A DNA stretch of 64,000 bases, taken from positions 1 to 64,000 of the forward strand of contig CAWIMJ010000003.1 in assembly GCA_963837175.1 (NCBI GenBank). Direction: 5' to 3'. The position numbers and the translations under genes were made by a program. The DNA comes from an uncultured Nitrososphaeraceae archaeon (GTDB lineage: Archaea; Thermoproteota; Nitrososphaeria; Nitrososphaerales; Nitrososphaeraceae). How positions within the stretch are numbered: position 1 is the first letter of the stretch; every line of letters starts with the position of its first letter. Below the pieces are notes generated by a model. That model was not told where the DNA came from and searched no databases. It saw only the letters and a program-made list of their open reading frames with translations. Below are positions 34,829 through 46,415 of the stretch, piece by piece.

Positions 34829-35370
34829 CAAGTTAATCTATGCAACTGCAAAACATCAGGATAATTATTGTGTTGTAGAGATGAGATGTCTCTTCGCAAT
34901 GTTTCTATTAGCCTATATCCAATGGTTTCTCTGGCGCGTATTCAAATTTAATGGCATAAAATTATACTCTGATGTTCCGTTGTTGTATGCATATGAATAT
35001 AAGTTGGAGATGTGACTTATCCAATTTCATTAAAATATTCTTATTAATCGTATCATTTTCAAATTTCGTTATGAATTGAATAGACAGTTACTCACAATTT
35101 CCATCTGCTTCATTAATAATTAAAATGGCAGCAGGGAAGAGTTTTAAACAGCTATATTCCTTTTGTAGAGGTTTATTTAGGATGGTTTATCATACCATGG
35201 TTTTCATGACACAGAGAACTTTTTTTATTTCCATAGGTATTCATCAAATTATTACCTATTGGAAATAGATGTTCAATTCAATCTTTCATAAACCTGTTTA
35301 TACTCTATGCAAAGGATTCGAGTTATAATACTGGCAATGGTCTAAATAGAAGTATTAATGAGATCTTTAT

Positions 35371-35517
35371 ATGGCAAAGTTTGATGGAATAAAAGGACAG
35401 GAACTTCTAGACGTGGAAGAAAACAAGAACGAAATCACACTCATCTTCAAAGACAACCGATTCCTTTTTCTAAAAATTGAAAATGGAAATCTGGTCTCTG
35501 ATTCTGTACCAGAATGA
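35371..35517 (+). CDS. Small protein (48 aa), missing from the ORF track
   Basis: MAKFDGIKGQELLDVEENKNEITLIFKDNRFLFLKIENGNLVSDSVPE; TATA-like element about 28 bp upstream. Confidence 0.65.
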   Translation: MAKFDGIKGQELLDVEENKNEITLIFKDNRFLFLKIENGNLVSDSVPE

Positions 35518-36855
35518 TTATAATTGTTATTTCTGAAGATATTTCTTAGATAATCAAGATCATCGCCCGTTTTGGATATAGAATAAGGCCCTGTTATCTC
35601 TTATAGTGTCTAGTCAGGTTACAAATTTGCCTTCTCTGTCGTGTAGTCTCATTATACGCAAGTAACCACAAGGCTTTCTCGTTAGCTGCTGGTTCCAATA
35701 CATATTTAGTATAGTATATGTGAGGAAGATTCAGAACTCTGCCATTATATGACTAATGATTAATAGCGTCACTAAGTAAGAATAAAGAGGTTCTCACAAT
35801 TATTATCGTTTTAATTTCTCACTCTATTATATAATTGATATGTGTTACTAGCTGAGACTGCATCAACCATGTTACTACGCCCTTTAAAGTTAGTGCTAAT
35901 TTTAACTCTCAGATTTACGTTCTATTATTTGTCTTATATTGCTCCAATGTCTATTGCTGGTGTCAATAAAACGATTCTATACGTTATACATCTTAGAGAG
36001 ATATCAGACGATCATCCTAGGAGGTTTGGTTGGGTAGTAATCTCTGAGTCTCTGTTTTGATTTATTGTTTATTCTTCATTCTGACTGGAATGTCTTACTC
36101 CAAAGAAGGAGGTCTGTACTCAGGATTATCTTCTAAATATGATTATTAGAAGATTCTAATTGTTACTTCTTTGAAGAAACCTAACAAGATTATCCACTTT
36201 ACTGATTAATGAAATAGTCATAAACAGTTTGTGATTTAATTTTTTTGAATAGTACTATTGGAACCTTTATTTTCTTGTTCTATTGAGGATTTCTCTGATC
36301 CTCGTGCTGAAGTCTTAAAGCAATATAATGATTATCATAATATTCAAAAGCAGTATTATGAAAAACTTTCAAACAGGATTTTTGATTAAATGTCAGAACT
36401 CCGATCAATCAGAAGAGAAGGGATTCTGCTGCATTGATATCGATTAGCAAAAGTACAATTAGATGATCCATTAAAGAATAGATCTCAAAAAACAAAAGCG
36501 TCTTTCATAATTACCAGTTATTATAGCAACACGAATTTCGTCCTAACGATACATACTAAATGATGATACTGAGCATTTCCACATACGTTGACATACATAG
36601 AGCAGAATGTATAAAGCTGGTATATTTCAATGAGTCTTTAAATGTAAAGAAGAGAATTATTGTATTGATTCACTTTTTCGATATATTAATAATATCCTAA
36701 ATATGTATAATTCCACATAAATAATAATTGCGTGCGAGAAATGAGGATAAAATTCTTAATGGTTCTTTTGAGGTTGTATCATATTTTACCACTTTAATTT
36801 TGGAGAGATGATAATATGATAAATTTAAGAACCATTAGCAGGCGGCTATTCAGTT

Positions 36856-38163
36856 ATGTATGTTAGAGCAGATGATATAAAGTCATCTGAATATATTGGA
36901 AAGGAAGTTACTGTAAGAGGATGGGTATATCGCCTAAGAAAACAAAAGGAAAACACTTTTGTCTTGATCCGTGATGATCGTGGTGGGATAATTCAGAGTG
37001 TTTTTCCGAGTGAAAAAGTAACCAAGCTAACTATAGAGTCATCTATAAAAATCACTGGTGTTTTACAGCTAGATAACAGAGCTCCAGAAGGTGGATATGA
37101 AATCAAAGGCAACGACTTAGAAATTTTCCATATCGCAGAAATGGATTTTCCTATAGGGGAATACCAGAGCTCAGAACTATTATTAGATTATAGACATCTG
37201 TCTCTTCGAACGAGACGAATGATAGCAATAGCAAAGATTCGGGTTTCGATTTTAAAATATGCACGTCAATGGTTTATCGAAAATGATTGGATGGAAGTAA
37301 CTCCTCCACTTATTGTTAAAGATGCAGTTGAAGGTGGTTCAACTCTATTCAAAATAAAATATTTTGATGAAGAGGCGTACCTTTCACAAAGTGCACAGTT
37401 ATACCTTGAAGCAATGATATTCAGTCTGGGTCGTGTCTGGAGTCTTTCACCTTCATTTAGAGCAGAAAAATCAAGAACTATTAGGCATCTCGCAGAGTTT
37501 TCACACCTTGAAGCTGAAGCTCCATGGGTTAACCTTGAAGATATATTGCATATACAAGAACATTTGATCTCTTATATTATCCAAAAGACGGTCGCAGAAA
37601 GAATAAGAGAGTTTGCTCTACTGAAAAGAGATGTTAGTAATTTAAAAAAAGTCAAAGTACCATTTGACAGAATACAATATGAAGAAGCAATTGAAATTTT
37701 ACAATCCAAGGGATTTAGTATAATAGACGAAAATGGAAAAAAGCGTAACATAATAAAGGGAGATGATCTTAACATTGAATCCGAACGTGAATTAACAAGA
37801 AACAATGAAAAACCTATTTTTATAATTGGCTATCCAATTCGAGTGAAGCCCTTTTATGTAAAGGAAGACCCTCACAATGAGGGTGTAGGACTTGCTGCGG
37901 ATATGCTTGCCCCTACCGGTTTTGGAGAAATTATTAGTGGTGGATTAAGAGAAGAAAATATTTCTTCCATTACAAAGAGGCTAGAAAAAGAAGGGTTGAA
38001 TCCACACGCCTATAGATGGTATCTAGAGCTAAGAAAATATGGATCTGTTCCACACGGAGGTTTCGGACTAGGAATTGAGCGTTTGATGCGGTGGATTATA
38101 AATGTAGAAGATATTAAGGATACAGTACTCTTTCCTAGGACAATGTCAAGGGTCATGCCATAA
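36856..38163 (+). CDS. asnS: Asparaginyl-tRNA synthetase
   Basis: OB-fold VRGWV, LSQSAQLYLE, FRAEKSRT.RHLAEF and YGSVPHGGFGLGIER. Confidence 0.88.
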   Translation: MYVRADDIKSSEYIGKEVTVRGWVYRLRKQKENTFVLIRDDRGGIIQSVFPSEKVTKLTIESSIKITGVLQLDNRAPEGGYEIKGNDLEIFHIAEMDFPIGEYQSSELLLDYRHLSLRTRRMIAIAKIRVSILKYARQWFIENDWMEVTPPLIVKDAVEGGSTLFKIKYFDEEAYLSQSAQLYLEAMIFSLGRVWSLSPSFRAEKSRTIRHLAEFSHLEAEAPWVNLEDILHIQEHLISYIIQKTVAERIREFALLKRDVSNLKKVKVPFDRIQYEEAIEILQSKGFSIIDENGKKRNIIKGDDLNIESERELTRNNEKPIFIIGYPIRVKPFYVKEDPHNEGVGLAADMLAPTGFGEIISGGLREENISSITKRLEKEGLNPHAYRWYLELRKYGSVPHGGFGLGIERLMRWIINVEDIKDTVLFPRTMSRVMP

Positions 38164-38470
38164 CCTTGATGATATGATAATAAAGATTTGAAATAGTTTT
38201 GATAGCAAAATTCCCTCAGTATTTTTAATTTGATCTATTTAAAACTTCTTATGAAATAGCAGATGGACGATAAATACATGCAAAAAGTTATATCAACAGT
38301 TACTGATAATTAAAAGCTCATGAAATCGAGAATCTTACTTCGGTTATACATATATAACTATTACATTAATACGAATTAATATGATCTGAATTGCACTTCT
38401 CAGAAGCCTGATAATAAATACCGATCATTTTTAACAAGTTTAAATTTAAGATAAGTGAAATGTCAGTTAA

Positions 38471-39280
38471 ATGTCCGAACAGCCGGAAGAAGGAGCTGGT
38501 TCTCTTTTCTTCGAACTTGCAGGTGAACTAAGGCTATCTATGTTAATGAAACTGACCCAGAAACAGTATCGACTATCTCAACTTGCGGCAGAACTTGGTG
38601 CTACAATGCAGGAGGCACACAGAAATATGACACGTTTAATAGAGTCGGGTCTAGTATTGAAAGATAGTGAAGGAGATCTAATCCTGACTCCATATGGTAT
38701 CACAATTGTCTCACTTATTCCCAGCTATGATTTTCTATTTAACCAAAAAGAATATTTTCTTGAACATAGTTTGGGAGAACTACCACGAAAGTTCATACAA
38801 AGAATAGGTTCTCTTCATAACTGTGAAATTGTTCATGGAGTCATGGCAATTCTCCAACGTTGGAAGATACTATATGCTGAGTCCAATAAATATATCAAGG
38901 AAATTATGGCTCAGGTACCCCTTGATCTAATAGAAACAGTAAGCAACAGAGTACAAATGGGGGTTAAATTTTCCTATATATTCGCTAGCAATGTGGTAAT
39001 ACCCAAGGGAAGAAGTCAAATGTTGGAAAAAATTGGATGGCGCAATTTAATTGCTAGAGGTTTAGTAGAGAGAAGGATGATTGACGAAGTAAAGATAATG
39101 ACAATTTTCAACGAAAAACAATCATGTGTTCTATTTCCTAATCTCAAGGGAGAGCCGGATCTAAATATAATGTTTTATAGCGAAGATAATGAATTCCATG
39201 AATGGTGTGAAGACTTTTTTTTCTATCAGTGGGAAAAAGCGACCACATTTGATGAAGGCAAATTGAGGCCAGAAATATAG
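38471..39280 (+). CDS. Winged-HTH transcriptional regulator (DUF1724/FilR1-like C-terminus)
   Basis: N-terminal ArsR-like HTH; FHEWCEDFF. Confidence 0.82.
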   Translation: MSEQPEEGAGSLFFELAGELRLSMLMKLTQKQYRLSQLAAELGATMQEAHRNMTRLIESGLVLKDSEGDLILTPYGITIVSLIPSYDFLFNQKEYFLEHSLGELPRKFIQRIGSLHNCEIVHGVMAILQRWKILYAESNKYIKEIMAQVPLDLIETVSNRVQMGVKFSYIFASNVVIPKGRSQMLEKIGWRNLIARGLVERRMIDEVKIMTIFNEKQSCVLFPNLKGEPDLNIMFYSEDNEFHEWCEDFFFYQWEKATTFDEGKLRPEI

Positions 39281-39708
39281 ATGGAAAAATTCTCGTAATA
39301 CTATTCATTATAGGTAGATATTTTTAGTTTTCTTTCTGAGAATAACCGCCCACACTTATCAATTCGCATTTCTAGAGTTCATATACTTATATGTATTAAG
39401 GGCGATCATGACACTATTGTGCTTTCTTTCTTCAATGTTTCCATCTATGTAATGTATCAATAGATCGTTCTTCATTGGATTATTCAGTTGTACAACATGA
39501 TAAGTGAACTATAATCGAGTAATCTGGTTAACATTATTTACTATTCTATTACATTGAAAATGCCATAATTTAGGTGCTTTTGAAAGAGAATGATTATAAG
39601 ATAGGACACGAAGATAAGGTACTACATTTTCCTCTAGTACGAAGTGTGCAAAATAAGAAATTCATAAGCTCTCATTATCTTTTTATATTCAACTTACAAT
39701 AATGTATT

Positions 39709-39939
39709 ATGCCAAAAGCCTTTGTTTTGATGAATGCTGAATTAGGGAGCGAAGATTCAATTGTTAATGAACTAAAAAAAATTGAAGGTGTAAAAGAGGT
39801 CTATCAGGTTTATGGAGTTTATGATATAGTTGCTCAAGTTGAAGCCGATATTATGGAAAAGGTCAAGGAAACCATTACATGGAAGTTAAGAAAGCTGAAT
39901 GGTGTTAAGTCAACTCTCACAATGATAGTTATGGAATGA
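39709..39939 (+). CDS. Stand-alone Lrp/AsnC ligand-binding domain protein
   Basis: AFVLMN..LGSE and VYGVYDIV. Confidence 0.88.
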   Translation: MPKAFVLMNAELGSEDSIVNELKKIEGVKEVYQVYGVYDIVAQVEADIMEKVKETITWKLRKLNGVKSTLTMIVME

Positions 39940-40130
39940 AGAACACGGAAATCAGATATTCTGTTATCTTCAGTCTATATATAAAATGTCAAATAGAAAG
40001 AATGACTAGTCAGAATATTATATAAAATATTGCTCAAGTGCACCTTATACTAAGCGTAACCAGATAGTTCAAATTTCCATAGGATTAAAAATATATAATA
40101 ATATTAATTCCTTATAAATTATCCTTGTTT

Positions 40131-40295
40131 ATGGGTATATTTGGAAGAAAAAAAAACGAAGATCAAAAAAGCTTCAAGTGTGAATATTGTAATATGAAGT
40201 TCGATGACAAAGAGCGAATGAAGAAACATGTAAGAAAAGCACATGGTGAAAAAGGTGGTGATATGCCATCTTCAAATCCTTTTGGTGGATTTTAG
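40131..40295 (+). CDS. C2H2 zinc-finger microprotein (54 aa), missing from the ORF track
   Basis: FKCEYCNMKFDDKERMKKHVRKAH. Confidence 0.8.
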   Translation: MGIFGRKKNEDQKSFKCEYCNMKFDDKERMKKHVRKAHGEKGGDMPSSNPFGGF

Positions 40296-40343
40296 AGAAA
40301 ATTTTTGTGTATATTTGTTCCAACAAAATTGAATTAAAATAAA

Positions 40344-41325
40344 ATGTTTCCCATCCACGATGATACTGAAAGAATTCATGGCAGGCCATATGTAAATTAT
40401 TTTCTGATCGCAATTAATATCATTGTGTTTGTATGGGAGGTAATAGCGACAGGATATTTCTCAGATCAACAAGCAGTTGTAGAGATATTTAGTAATTATG
40501 GTGCTAAACCAACATCCGTTCTCAATGGTAATCTACTTTCGATTTTAACATCAATGTTCTTGCATGGAGGAATAGCGCATTTAATAGGAAATATGGTGTT
40601 TTTGTTCGTATTTGGTGATAATATTGAGGATAGATTTGGTCATATAAAATATCTATTGATCTATATTGTATGGGGAGCGACTGCTGCAATCATTCACAGC
40701 ATCTTTGCAGTTTAGCACAGGGGGAGGCACGGTACCTGCTGTGGGGGCATCTGGTGCTATTTCTGGTGTTATGGGTGCATATCTTGTCATGTTTCCAAGA
40801 GCGAAAATTTTTACCGTCATAGTGGCCTTCTTTATAACTACTGTTCGGATACCTGCATTAGCTTTTATCCCGTTTTGGTTTATTTTACAAGTTATCTTCG
40901 GTCTGATAGATCCCTTTGGTGGAGTTGCGTATTTTGCGCACATAGGTGGATTCGTTGCAGGTCTAGGAACAGGCTATGTGTGGAAACTGTTCTTGTCAGG
41001 AAAAAATATAATAACGCCACTGTCCAAAATGAATAGCCAAATAATAAGAAAACAAAGACCAAGAATAGAAGAATCCATTTCACAAGCTTCTCCTGAAGTG
41101 ATTGAAGGTCCAGATTTTTATGAAATTATAGCTGAAATTCCTGGAGTTTCTGATGCTTCAGATATTAATGTTACTTTTGAGCCTGATACTGGAAATATAA
41201 GGATAATTGCAAGAGGATCACGGAACTACGATATGTTAGCAAAACTACCCACGACTACTATCAAACCGACTGTTGAATATATTCAATATCTCAATGGAAT
41301 TGCTAGAATACGTCTGATAAAATAA
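40344..41325 (+). CDS. Rhomboid intramembrane serine protease with Hsp20-like C-terminal domain (one extra base at 40711-40713)
   Basis: MFLHGG..H..GNM, GASGAISG (catalytic Ser) and AHIGG (catalytic His). Confidence 0.88.
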
Positions 41326-41509
41326 TCATCTATAATATTGATCCATAAATAGATCGACCATTTCTCTAGAGATCTCTTATGGAGATGGGAATTTTAAAAA
41401 TGTAAATATGTATTACACATATTTTCATGAATACAAAATAATTGACTATAGGCTTATTCATTTATTAAAGGCTTAACGATGCAGGAGACAAAAGTTTATA
41501 AGATATTTT

Positions 41510-42139
41510 TTGAACAGTTTATTGCATATGACGCAGCAAGCCCCTCCAAACTCCGGAGGTAAGGTATCGCGGCGTGACTTTCTAAAGCTAATGGCGGCTG
41601 CAGGCACTATTATGACCTTTGCGCCATTTGTAGATTGGGGCAAATTCCTACCCAACCCTGCGGCTAATGTATCAGAAAGAGCTAAAGTCCAGCTTCCAGA
41701 TGGATCACAAGCAAACGCAAAAACTTTTAAGGTTAATCATTCAGAAGCAATTATTTATCCAAGATCAGAAGATGAGACATTAAACAAAGAGGCTTTTCGC
41801 ACTTGGCAATTCATAAGGTTACCAGAAGAGCTTGGTGGGAAGAAAAGTGACGCTTCTGCTTTCAGAGTTTATAGTATGGTTTGCTTGCATCTTTGGTGTC
41901 TTTGGAAGTACTGGCCGGAAGAGGGAAGAAAAAGAGGGGAGTGTCCATGTCATGGTAGTATGTATGATCCACTGACTGGCATGGCATTTGCAGGACCTGC
42001 TTCATTACAATCTCCTCCATCAAATGTACTTCCTGTACTTGATTTGGAAGTTGACAACGATGGAAATATATGGATAAAACCTCCAAATTGGAGCGTAAAT
42101 GGGAATGGGATAGTAGGATTTGGTCGTTTCATTACATAG
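41510..42139 (+). CDS. petC: Rieske 2Fe-2S subunit of complex III (Tat signal)
   Basis: SRRDFLK, CLHLWC and CPCHGSMYD. Confidence 0.93.
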   Translation: MNSLLHMTQQAPPNSGGKVSRRDFLKLMAAAGTIMTFAPFVDWGKFLPNPAANVSERAKVQLPDGSQANAKTFKVNHSEAIIYPRSEDETLNKEAFRTWQFIRLPEELGGKKSDASAFRVYSMVCLHLWCLWKYWPEEGRKRGECPCHGSMYDPLTGMAFAGPASLQSPPSNVLPVLDLEVDNDGNIWIKPPNWSVNGNGIVGFGRFIT

Positions 42140-43737
42140 AGAAAACAGTTTAGTCAAATTCTTTAGATGGGTTTACGCTGGCGTAGACCGTACTCTATTC
42201 ATGGGAATGAAATTTACATTTCCAGCTAGATTCGTTAGCCCCCTCGGATTCCTTGGTATGCTTACCTTCGTCGTTTTCATTATACTAGGTATTACTGGCG
42301 CGCTACTAATGCTTTGGTATGAACCTATTCTGGATAGAGCTTGGGATAGTGTCGCAAACATTAATGATACAATACCATATGGATTCCACATTCGTAATAT
42401 TCATTATCATGCTTCTAATGCCATGGTTATGGTGGCAATCCTTCATATGTACTATCAATATTTTAGTGGAAGATATAAGATAAGAAATGAAATTCTATGG
42501 GTAACAGGAGTAATCATGGGCGTTCTTACGATCCTTGAAGCTTTTACCGGCTATGATATCATTTTTAGTGAACGTGCAGAACTAGCTATCTCTATTGCTG
42601 CCTTCTCTGACTAATTCTATACCTATATTAGGTCCCCAAATGAGAGATGCATTTTTTGGTTCTGGCTTCCATGATTTCGTATTGCGATTCTATGCATTCC
42701 ATGTCTTTTTCCTGCCTATTGCTCTGCTTGGCTTAATGGTTGTCCATTTTCCAAGATTTCTTGTATTCGATGTGCCTATGGTAATGGCAGTTACAGGCGC
42801 CATCATGCTGACTGGCGGTGTATTTCCTGTAGACATGGGTCTAAAATTCGATCCGAGTGTCCCGCCTGGCATCACAGTACCAGAGTGGTATTTAACAGGA
42901 CTATATGCTTTCCTGCGAACACAATTTGATAAATTTGTAACTGGTGTTGCATGGCCAGGTCTGTTCATCTTTGCACTGCTCATTATTCCTTTTGTTGACA
43001 AATACAAGAAATTCTCTTGGAAGGATCGGCCGCTTATCACTGCAGTAGGTATAACAAGCCTTGCACAAATCATCGTTACTACTTATTGGGGATTCTATAT
43101 TAATCCCGACAGAACAAAGTCATTGCTGGAGAGATTGGTTATTGATCCTATTTTCTTTTACCTAGTAATGTTATTACTAGTACCACTTTCATTTGGATTT
43201 ACCTATATGATCATAAAACTAGCCAAGAATGCAGAGGCTAATGCAAAGTTGCAGCCTAAAAAAGCAGGAGGAAAGACGGCCATCAATCTTCCCAAAAAAT
43301 GGATTTACATACTATTTGTCGTATTGTTAGCATTTCAAGTTTATCTAAATATATCTGCATATTATGCCGTTCTTAGTGGAATGAAGAACTTCTCTTTATT
43401 TATAATTGGTATCATAATGCTTGTTTTTGCTGGAATGTTTCATATTTATAGGCATGGTACAGCCATGGCTAAGGCACCTCCCCCTAAGCCCTCAACTTTG
43501 CCATCACCTGCAAAGCCTATGCCCACTGCTCCAAAGCCTATGCCATCTATACCTAAACCTACCGCCGAGACCATACCTGCTCCACCAATTCAAAAAGCAT
43601 CGGGGACACAAGTCGCTACCCAGACATCTCGAACAACTACTACTAATACTACTACCATATCAGCTAGCACGTCTGCTCCATCCGACTCGAAAACTGACAA
43701 TACAAAGAATGACTTAGCAGAAAGATCTACTGTTTAA
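42120..43737 (+). CDS. petB: Cytochrome b/b6 of complex III (one extra base at about 42603)
   Basis: IRNIHYH, ILH, FHVF..VVH and PEWY; Pro/Thr-rich tail. Confidence 0.92.
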
Positions 43738-43957
43738 GTGCCCAAAAAATTAGTCGATACTTAGAATACAAACATTGTAAAAATAATAAAACCATTACTC
43801 CATTTCCAACTGGTATTGAATAATTCTTTTTTAAACCTTCAAGTAAGGAAATTATCTGTAGTGATTACATCCCAATATCAAGTGTTCATTATTTTAAAGT
43901 AACTTGCCTCTAAATAACCTTTATATGTCAAAAAACTCAATAGTTTGATTTGATCTA

Positions 43958-44431
43958 ATGGAGAAAGTTACAGAAAATTATGCTGCTGGTATTAGCATGG
44001 TAGCGTTTATCATTGCAGTAGGGGTAAGTATTGGCTACTATCAATTCGTATATTTACCTGAGGCAAATGCAAAGCCTCATGTTCCAAAAGAGATATCTAA
44101 TCCGTCTAATGCAGTTCAGGTTTCCATTGCACAAGGTTCATCGCTCCCATCTAACCCCGAGAATTTCGTTCCAAAAGCTGCCCGGGGCAGATTAGGAAAC
44201 GATAACAAAATTGTCTGGACAAACACTGATACAACCGCACACAGTGTCACAACTGATAATGACTTTAGCGATAAACTTAACGGTAAATTCGATTCAATGG
44301 AAACAATAGGCTTAATTCCTCCTGGTCAAACATTTGAATTCACCTTTACAGAAGAAGGAGAGTTTCCGTACCATTGTGAACCCCATCCCTGGATGACAGG
44401 AAAAGTTGAAATTGTAAAGAACTTCAGTTAA
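43958..44431 (+). CDS. Membrane-anchored cupredoxin (plastocyanin-like), presumed cytochrome c1 substitute
   Basis: N-terminal TM; HSVT and YHCEPHPWM type-1 Cu ligands. Confidence 0.9.
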   Translation: MEKVTENYAAGISMVAFIIAVGVSIGYYQFVYLPEANAKPHVPKEISNPSNAVQVSIAQGSSLPSNPENFVPKAARGRLGNDNKIVWTNTDTTAHSVTTDNDFSDKLNGKFDSMETIGLIPPGQTFEFTFTEEGEFPYHCEPHPWMTGKVEIVKNFS

Positions 44432-44796
44432 CTTTTTACTATTTTTATATTAGCTATGTCACTGGCAACTTCTTTATGTTCTTGAATAATTGTGACCCTA
44501 AATTTTACATTTGACGAATCCGTTACTGGTACATGTTTTGTATTAGCAATAAATTCTAGAATCTTTTTTTCACCTATATCATTTCCAACTATAGAGAGTC
44601 TTGCATAAGGATGATTTATCTTTTTTCCATTGATATTAGTATAATTGAAAACATCATTTGAATTTTGTATCTGTGAATTAATTATTATACTATCATAACG
44701 TCCATGATAGTTAAGATTTATAGTGCCATGGACATCCTGACCTGAAGATATCTCTTTTTCCATTATCATAATTGAAATATCCTTGACTTTGCTCAT
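44428..44796 (-). CDS. Hypothetical beta-rich protein
   Basis: 122-aa ORF, convergent overlap with the cupredoxin. Confidence 0.65.
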   Translation of the reverse strand: MSKVKDISIMIMEKEISSGQDVHGTINLNYHGRYDSIIINSQIQNSNDVFNYTNINGKKINHPYARLSIVGNDIGEKKILEFIANTKHVPVTDSSNVKFRVTIIQEHKEVASDIANIKIVKS

Positions 44797-45155
44797 TATA
44801 GATGTTCATGCTCATTGTTTATCTCATATATGAGTATGTCTACCTATACATATTACACATATGGATTCTGAGAATTGTAAAGTCCTTGACAACTATAGAA
44901 TTCACTCATGTTTAGCAAATTTGTAGGTTAGGAATTTCTATATTTTACAATACCTATGTTTTTTCTTTGTTAAAAGGTAAAGCTACAGATTATTTAACTG
45001 AGATTCCATCATATATTGCCCAGATTCAGAAGACTGGCTAAAAAAGAGGTAATCATTAAATTGTATCTATTTATATAACTATACCTTCCTGACATGAATT
45101 TAAATGATAACATATTAAATTAGGTACAGTTAATTATTGTATTCGTGGAGCCTGT

Positions 45156-45980
45156 TTGGCATATCAAAATATTCCCATGAAAATGACCTATGTTAATGGT
45201 TATGGAATAAGATATTTTGACTATAACAAGGTAATTAATCAAATAGATGATGATCCTAAAGATCTCATTCTTCTTCATGGGCTAGGAGCTTCTGCTGAAA
45301 GATGGTTACCTGTTATTCCTGATTTAACTGAACATTTTAGAGTGGTAGTTCCTGATATTATAGGATTTGGATATAGTGATAAACCTACAGTGGAATATAC
45401 AATGGATTTTTTTATCAAGTTCTTTAAAGATCTTTTAGAAAATCTAAATATTGATAGACCGAATATAGTTGGCTCCTCATTTGGAGGACATTTAGCAACT
45501 GAATTTGCAATTAGATACAGTAACAGAATAGAAAAATTGATTTTATGTTCTCCGGCAGGAATGATGAGATCATCTACTCACCATCTTGATCAATATATTA
45601 TGGCAGCATTATATCCCACTTATGAAAATGCACTTAGAGCATTTTCGGATATGGCACATGACTCCAATATTGTTACAGAAGATACCATCAAGGATTTTGT
45701 GAATAGGATGAGGCTTCCAAATGCCAAGTATGCATTTATGTCTACATTGCTAGGAATTCGAGATTCACCTACACTTCCTGGTAGACTATCGAAAATCCTT
45801 GCCCCAACGTTGCTAATATGGGGTGATAATGACGGGATGATACCACTGCAATATTCAAAGGGGTATATTAACGAGATACCGCATAGTAACCTTGTAGTAA
45901 TGAGAAGTTGCGGACATACACCTTACGTTGAAAATTCAATTGAATTCAATAGAGAAATATTAAAATTTCTTAAGGATTAA
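45156..45980 (+). CDS. Alpha/beta hydrolase
   Basis: HGLG oxyanion motif, GSSFGG nucleophile, WGDND and CGH. Confidence 0.88.
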   Translation: MAYQNIPMKMTYVNGYGIRYFDYNKVINQIDDDPKDLILLHGLGASAERWLPVIPDLTEHFRVVVPDIIGFGYSDKPTVEYTMDFFIKFFKDLLENLNIDRPNIVGSSFGGHLATEFAIRYSNRIEKLILCSPAGMMRSSTHHLDQYIMAALYPTYENALRAFSDMAHDSNIVTEDTIKDFVNRMRLPNAKYAFMSTLLGIRDSPTLPGRLSKILAPTLLIWGDNDGMIPLQYSKGYINEIPHSNLVVMRSCGHTPYVENSIEFNREILKFLKD

Positions 45981-46031
45981 GACAATTAGTTTAACACTAA
46001 CGTTAAATAAACGACAGTACAAATTCATTCA

Positions 46032-46340
46032 ATGAGCGATATCCTTCGGGGTGATGATACATCTGATGCATTTAAAAAAGCAATGGAAAAAGGAACTGAG
46101 GTTCAGAAAGACTTTGTCAGACAGTTTTCTGCTATACAACAAGACACCATGCAGAATTTTTTGTCTATGCTTCAGGGATTGTCATATTACTATGCAATGT
46201 TCAAAACAAATGTTCAAACTGGCGGCAGAGTTTCTATCCCAGAAGCTGAGAGACAAGCGTTAAATATTGAAGAGGGTGATTTGGTTCAAGTAATTGTAAT
46301 ACCAATAGAAAGAAAACGAAAAATTACCCAGCGGGAGTAA
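46032..46340 (+). CDS. AbrB/SpoVT-domain protein, haloarchaeal PhaR-like
   Basis: FKTNVQTGGRVSIPEAERQALNIEEGDLVQV preceded by an amphipathic helix; next to phaC. Confidence 0.8.
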   Translation: MSDILRGDDTSDAFKKAMEKGTEVQKDFVRQFSAIQQDTMQNFLSMLQGLSYYYAMFKTNVQTGGRVSIPEAERQALNIEEGDLVQVIVIPIERKRKITQRE

Positions 46341-46415
46341 CCTCATAAAATATTTGGTGAAAAGTTATTATCTAGTCTTAGATTCTATGTTAGTCAAACA
46401 GACAAGTTCAATAGG

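Noticed and set aside
35842-36560. Possible receiver or cyclase relics and a 72-aa ORF
   Set aside because: Only scattered short resemblances; needs BLASTX
41510-44431. Complex III with a cupredoxin instead of cytochrome c1 as a novelty
   Set aside because: Already described for ammonia-oxidising archaea
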